From the NCBI GenBank assembly GCA_040218735.1, contig JAVJQW010000023.1, positions 224,001-288,000 of the forward strand: a stretch of 64,000 bases of DNA, in the 5' to 3' direction. Each line of letters opens with the position of its first letter. Position 1 is the first letter of the stretch. The translations under genes and the position numbers were made by a program. Positions 61,500 to 64,000 of the stretch are shown one piece after another. The notes beneath the pieces were generated by a model, which did not search any database, was not told the origin of the DNA, and was given only the letters and a program-made list of their open reading frames with translations. The stretch comes from Deltaproteobacteria bacterium. GTDB taxonomy: Bacteria; Myxococcota; Kuafuiibacteriia; Kuafuiibacteriales; Kuafuiibacteriaceae.

Positions 61500-62498
61500 G
61501 TGCCGAGCATCGCGCAGCTTCGTTACATCCTCGCGGTCCACCGCCACGGTCACTTCGGACGCGCGGCCGAAGCGGTGCACGTCTCCCAGCCGACGTTGAG
61601 CGCGCAGATCCAGAAGGCTGAAGACGAGCTCGGCCTCACGATCTTCGTGCGGCAGAACAAACCGATCACCGCGACCGAAAAGGGCTACGCCCTGATCGAG
61701 CAGGCCCAGGTCGTGGTGGCCGCGCACGAACGCCTCGTCCGCCTCGCGGAGGGGAAGTTCCAGAGCCTCGCCGGCGATCTCGCGCTCGGCATCATCCCGA
61801 CGCTGGCGCCCTACGTGATCCCGTGGTTCCTCACCGAGTTCGCCGAGCGCTACCCGCAGATCCAGCTCAACGTCATGGAGCGCACCACGGATGACGTGAT
61901 CCTCGGGCTGCAGCAACGACGCATCGACGTGGGGATGGTCGCGACGCCGCTCGATGAACAGCGCATCAAGGAGCGGATGTTATTCCACGATCCGTTCTAC
62001 CTGTACGCCCACGCCGACGATCCGATCCTCGAGCAGGACGAGGTCGATCCCCGTTCGCTGGAGGAGGATCGCCTGTGGCTCCTCGAGGACGGACACTGCG
62101 TGCGCAACCAGACGATGTCGCTCTGCGACGTCACCGGCGGGTGCGGGCACCTGCAGTCGGTGCGATTCGAGGCGGGGAGCTTCGAGACGCTGCGCAACCT
62201 CGTCGATGCGTCGGGCGGCTACACGCTGTTCCCGGAGACGTACGCGCGGCTGCTCCCGCGCGATCGCCGCCGCAGCCAGATTCGGCCGTTCTCCGAACCC
62301 ACGCCCACGCGGGCCATCGGGTTGGTGCACCTGCGCAGCAACTGGAAGCTCGATCTGATCGACGCGCTCGAAGCGAGCATCCTCGCAAACGTCCCGCGCG
62401 CGCTCCGGCAGGCGCCGGAGGTCGCGGAGGTCCTGCCGGTACGGAAGCCCGAGCCGATCAAGGGCCGGAAGAAGCGGAAGAAGAAGCGCGCGTCGTGA
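61500..62498 (+). CDS. oxyR: LysR family peroxide sensor OxyR
   Basis: HFGRAA..VSQPTLS HTH; GIIPTLAPY; LLEDGHCVRNQTMSLC with both redox cysteines. Confidence 0.88.
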   Translation: MPSIAQLRYILAVHRHGHFGRAAEAVHVSQPTLSAQIQKAEDELGLTIFVRQNKPITATEKGYALIEQAQVVVAAHERLVRLAEGKFQSLAGDLALGIIPTLAPYVIPWFLTEFAERYPQIQLNVMERTTDDVILGLQQRRIDVGMVATPLDEQRIKERMLFHDPFYLYAHADDPILEQDEVDPRSLEEDRLWLLEDGHCVRNQTMSLCDVTGGCGHLQSVRFEAGSFETLRNLVDASGGYTLFPETYARLLPRDRRRSQIRPFSEPTPTRAIGLVHLRSNWKLDLIDALEASILANVPRALRQAPEVAEVLPVRKPEPIKGRKKRKKKRAS

Positions 62499-63453
62499 AA
62501 CGCGCGCGATAGGCCGACGGCGGGACGCCGACCTTGGCCCGAAACGCGCGCCGCAGCGATTCGGTGGTGCCGAGCCCGACGCTGCGGGCCACGTCGTCGA
62601 GGTCCTCCGCACCGCGTTCGAGCAGTTGTCTCGCGGCCTCGACGCGCACGTCGCGGACGAAGCGCGCCGGAGTGACGCCCGTCTGCTGTGTGAACACTCG
62701 CGCGAAGTTCCGCGCGCTCATGTGCGCGCGCGCCGCGAGGGTCTCGACGCGGTGGTCGTCTTCGGGCGCGTCGACGATCTCCGCTTGGATCTCGGCGATG
62801 CGCCCCGGCGACGGGCGACGCTGCGCGAGGGCGGCGGAGAACTGCGACTGGCCACCCGGTCGATGGAGGTAGACGACGAGCAGGCGTGCGACGGTCATCG
62901 CGAGCTCGGCGCCGAAGTCGTCTTCGACCAGCGCGAGGGAGAGATCGATGCCGGAGGTGACCCCCGCCGAGGTGTAGATGTGTTCGTCCCGCACGTAGAT
63001 CGCGTCGCGGTCCACTTCGACGGCGGGGTCCGCCGCGGCGAGGGCGTCGAGGCACAGCCAGTGGGTGGTCGCGCGTCGCCCGCGGAGGAGCCCCAGCGCA
63101 CGGAGGACGAACGCGCCCGCGCACACCGAAGCGACGCGGCGTGCGCGTTTCGCGAGGCGCGCGACGGGGTTGAGCTCCCGGGCGGTCCAGCGCTTCGAGA
63201 CGAAGTCGAGCGAGCCGGCGACGATGAGCGTGTCGATGCGCTTCGGCGCCTCCTCGAAGCGCTTGCAACCGACCGTGAGCCCGCTGCTGCAACGCACGTT
63301 GCGCGTGGGTCCGACGACGGTCGTCACGTAGGCGCGTGATCGCCCCTGCGCCAGGCGCGTGCGCGCGGCCCCCTCGAAGACGTCGTGAGGCCCCGCCACG
63401 TCGAGGAGCTCGAAGCCGGGGAGCGCGACCAGGACGATGTGTCGGGTGGCCAT
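62458..63453 (-). CDS. GlxA-family regulator (DJ-1/PfpI + AraC)
   Basis: SVCAGAF, ATTHW, TSAGVTSGIDL, RPGGQSQF, MSARNFARVF. Confidence 0.92.
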   Translation of the reverse strand: MATRHIVLVALPGFELLDVAGPHDVFEGAARTRLAQGRSRAYVTTVVGPTRNVRCSSGLTVGCKRFEEAPKRIDTLIVAGSLDFVSKRWTARELNPVARLAKRARRVASVCAGAFVLRALGLLRGRRATTHWLCLDALAAADPAVEVDRDAIYVRDEHIYTSAGVTSGIDLSLALVEDDFGAELAMTVARLLVVYLHRPGGQSQFSAALAQRRPSPGRIAEIQAEIVDAPEDDHRVETLAARAHMSARNFARVFTQQTGVTPARFVRDVRVEAARQLLERGAEDLDDVARSVGLGTTESLRRAFRAKVGVPPSAYRARFTTRASSSASSGP

Positions 63454-63525
63454 ATCGGCAGTGTGGCAGAAAACGTGGGGCCAATGTCATTTGCGCCATC
63501 GCTTTTCGAACCTAAGCTCGGGATC

Positions 63526-64000
63526 GTGACTCGACATCAGTGCCTCCACGGTCCCGGGCTGCTCCCCCTCCTCGCCAAGGTCGCAACGCTGGAGGGCCAA
63601 CGCATCGCCCGTGTTCGGCGTCGGAGACGGAACCCAGCGCCACCGGTGCCGAACGATCTCTGGGCGCCTCCGGACAGCGCGCTGTGCCGCGCGGCCGCCA
63701 AGACGTGTGCGCTCCATTCCTCCGAAGCGCTCCTCGGGCACTGCGCGCGCACCTACGCGTTCGGCATGGCGCTCGCCGCCGCGACCGATCGCAAGCCGGA
63801 TCGCGAGCTGCTCTACGTCGCGTCCCTGTTGCACGACCTCGGGCTCACCCCCGCCTTCGACGGCGACGACCCATTCGAGCTCCGCGGCGCAGAGGCTGCG
63901 TACGCGTGGTGCATCGATCACGACGTCGAAGTGCGGCACGCCGAGCTCGTACACGAGGCGATTCGCATCCACACCTCGCTGGAAGCCGAATCACGCGAAC
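63526..64000 (+). CDS. HD-domain protein (partial)
   Basis: Manual translation: PDSAL..HCARTY..LLYVASLLHDLGL..FELRGA..EAIRIH; start GTG 63526 or ATG 63484; divergent from the GlxA-type gene. Confidence 0.8.
   Translation, partial: MTRHQCLHGPGLLPLLAKVATLEGQRIARVRRRRRNPAPPVPNDLWAPPDSALCRAAAKTCALHSSEALLGHCARTYAFGMALAAATDRKPDRELLYVASLLHDLGLTPAFDGDDPFELRGAEAAYAWCIDHDVEVRHAELVHEAIRIHTSLEAESRE

Overview
GC-rich, densely coding bacterial DNA. The gene content (three membrane Ser/Thr kinases, TPR/PEGA proteins, an AgmX/PglI-type protein, many lipoproteins with acidic linkers) suggests Myxococcota; this is inference. About 55 CDS are present, including dnaJ, trmH, queF, malic enzyme, mltB, a PPase, an acyl-CoA dehydrogenase with TetR, oxyR, a Cus-type RND operon, an ECF/anti-sigma pair and many surface proteins. 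I found no rRNA, tRNA, CRISPR array or transposase. Top findings: (1) a 50-aa Pup-like protein ending in GGE, coupled to a PafA/Dop-family enzyme with a transmembrane insertion, with no proteasome genes in the window, suggesting membrane-localised pupylation; (2) a four-helix-bundle (IVS/Avd-like) gene enclosed in a 55-bp near-perfect inverted repeat between two convergent genes; (3) a Cys-rich RGPP leader ORF plus an SD-sequestering hairpin before the cus operon; (4) a TGCATCC-N16-CGAA promoter motif shared by the ECF sigma and a DUF4397 lipoprotein. All family calls are from motif recognition by eye, not database searches.
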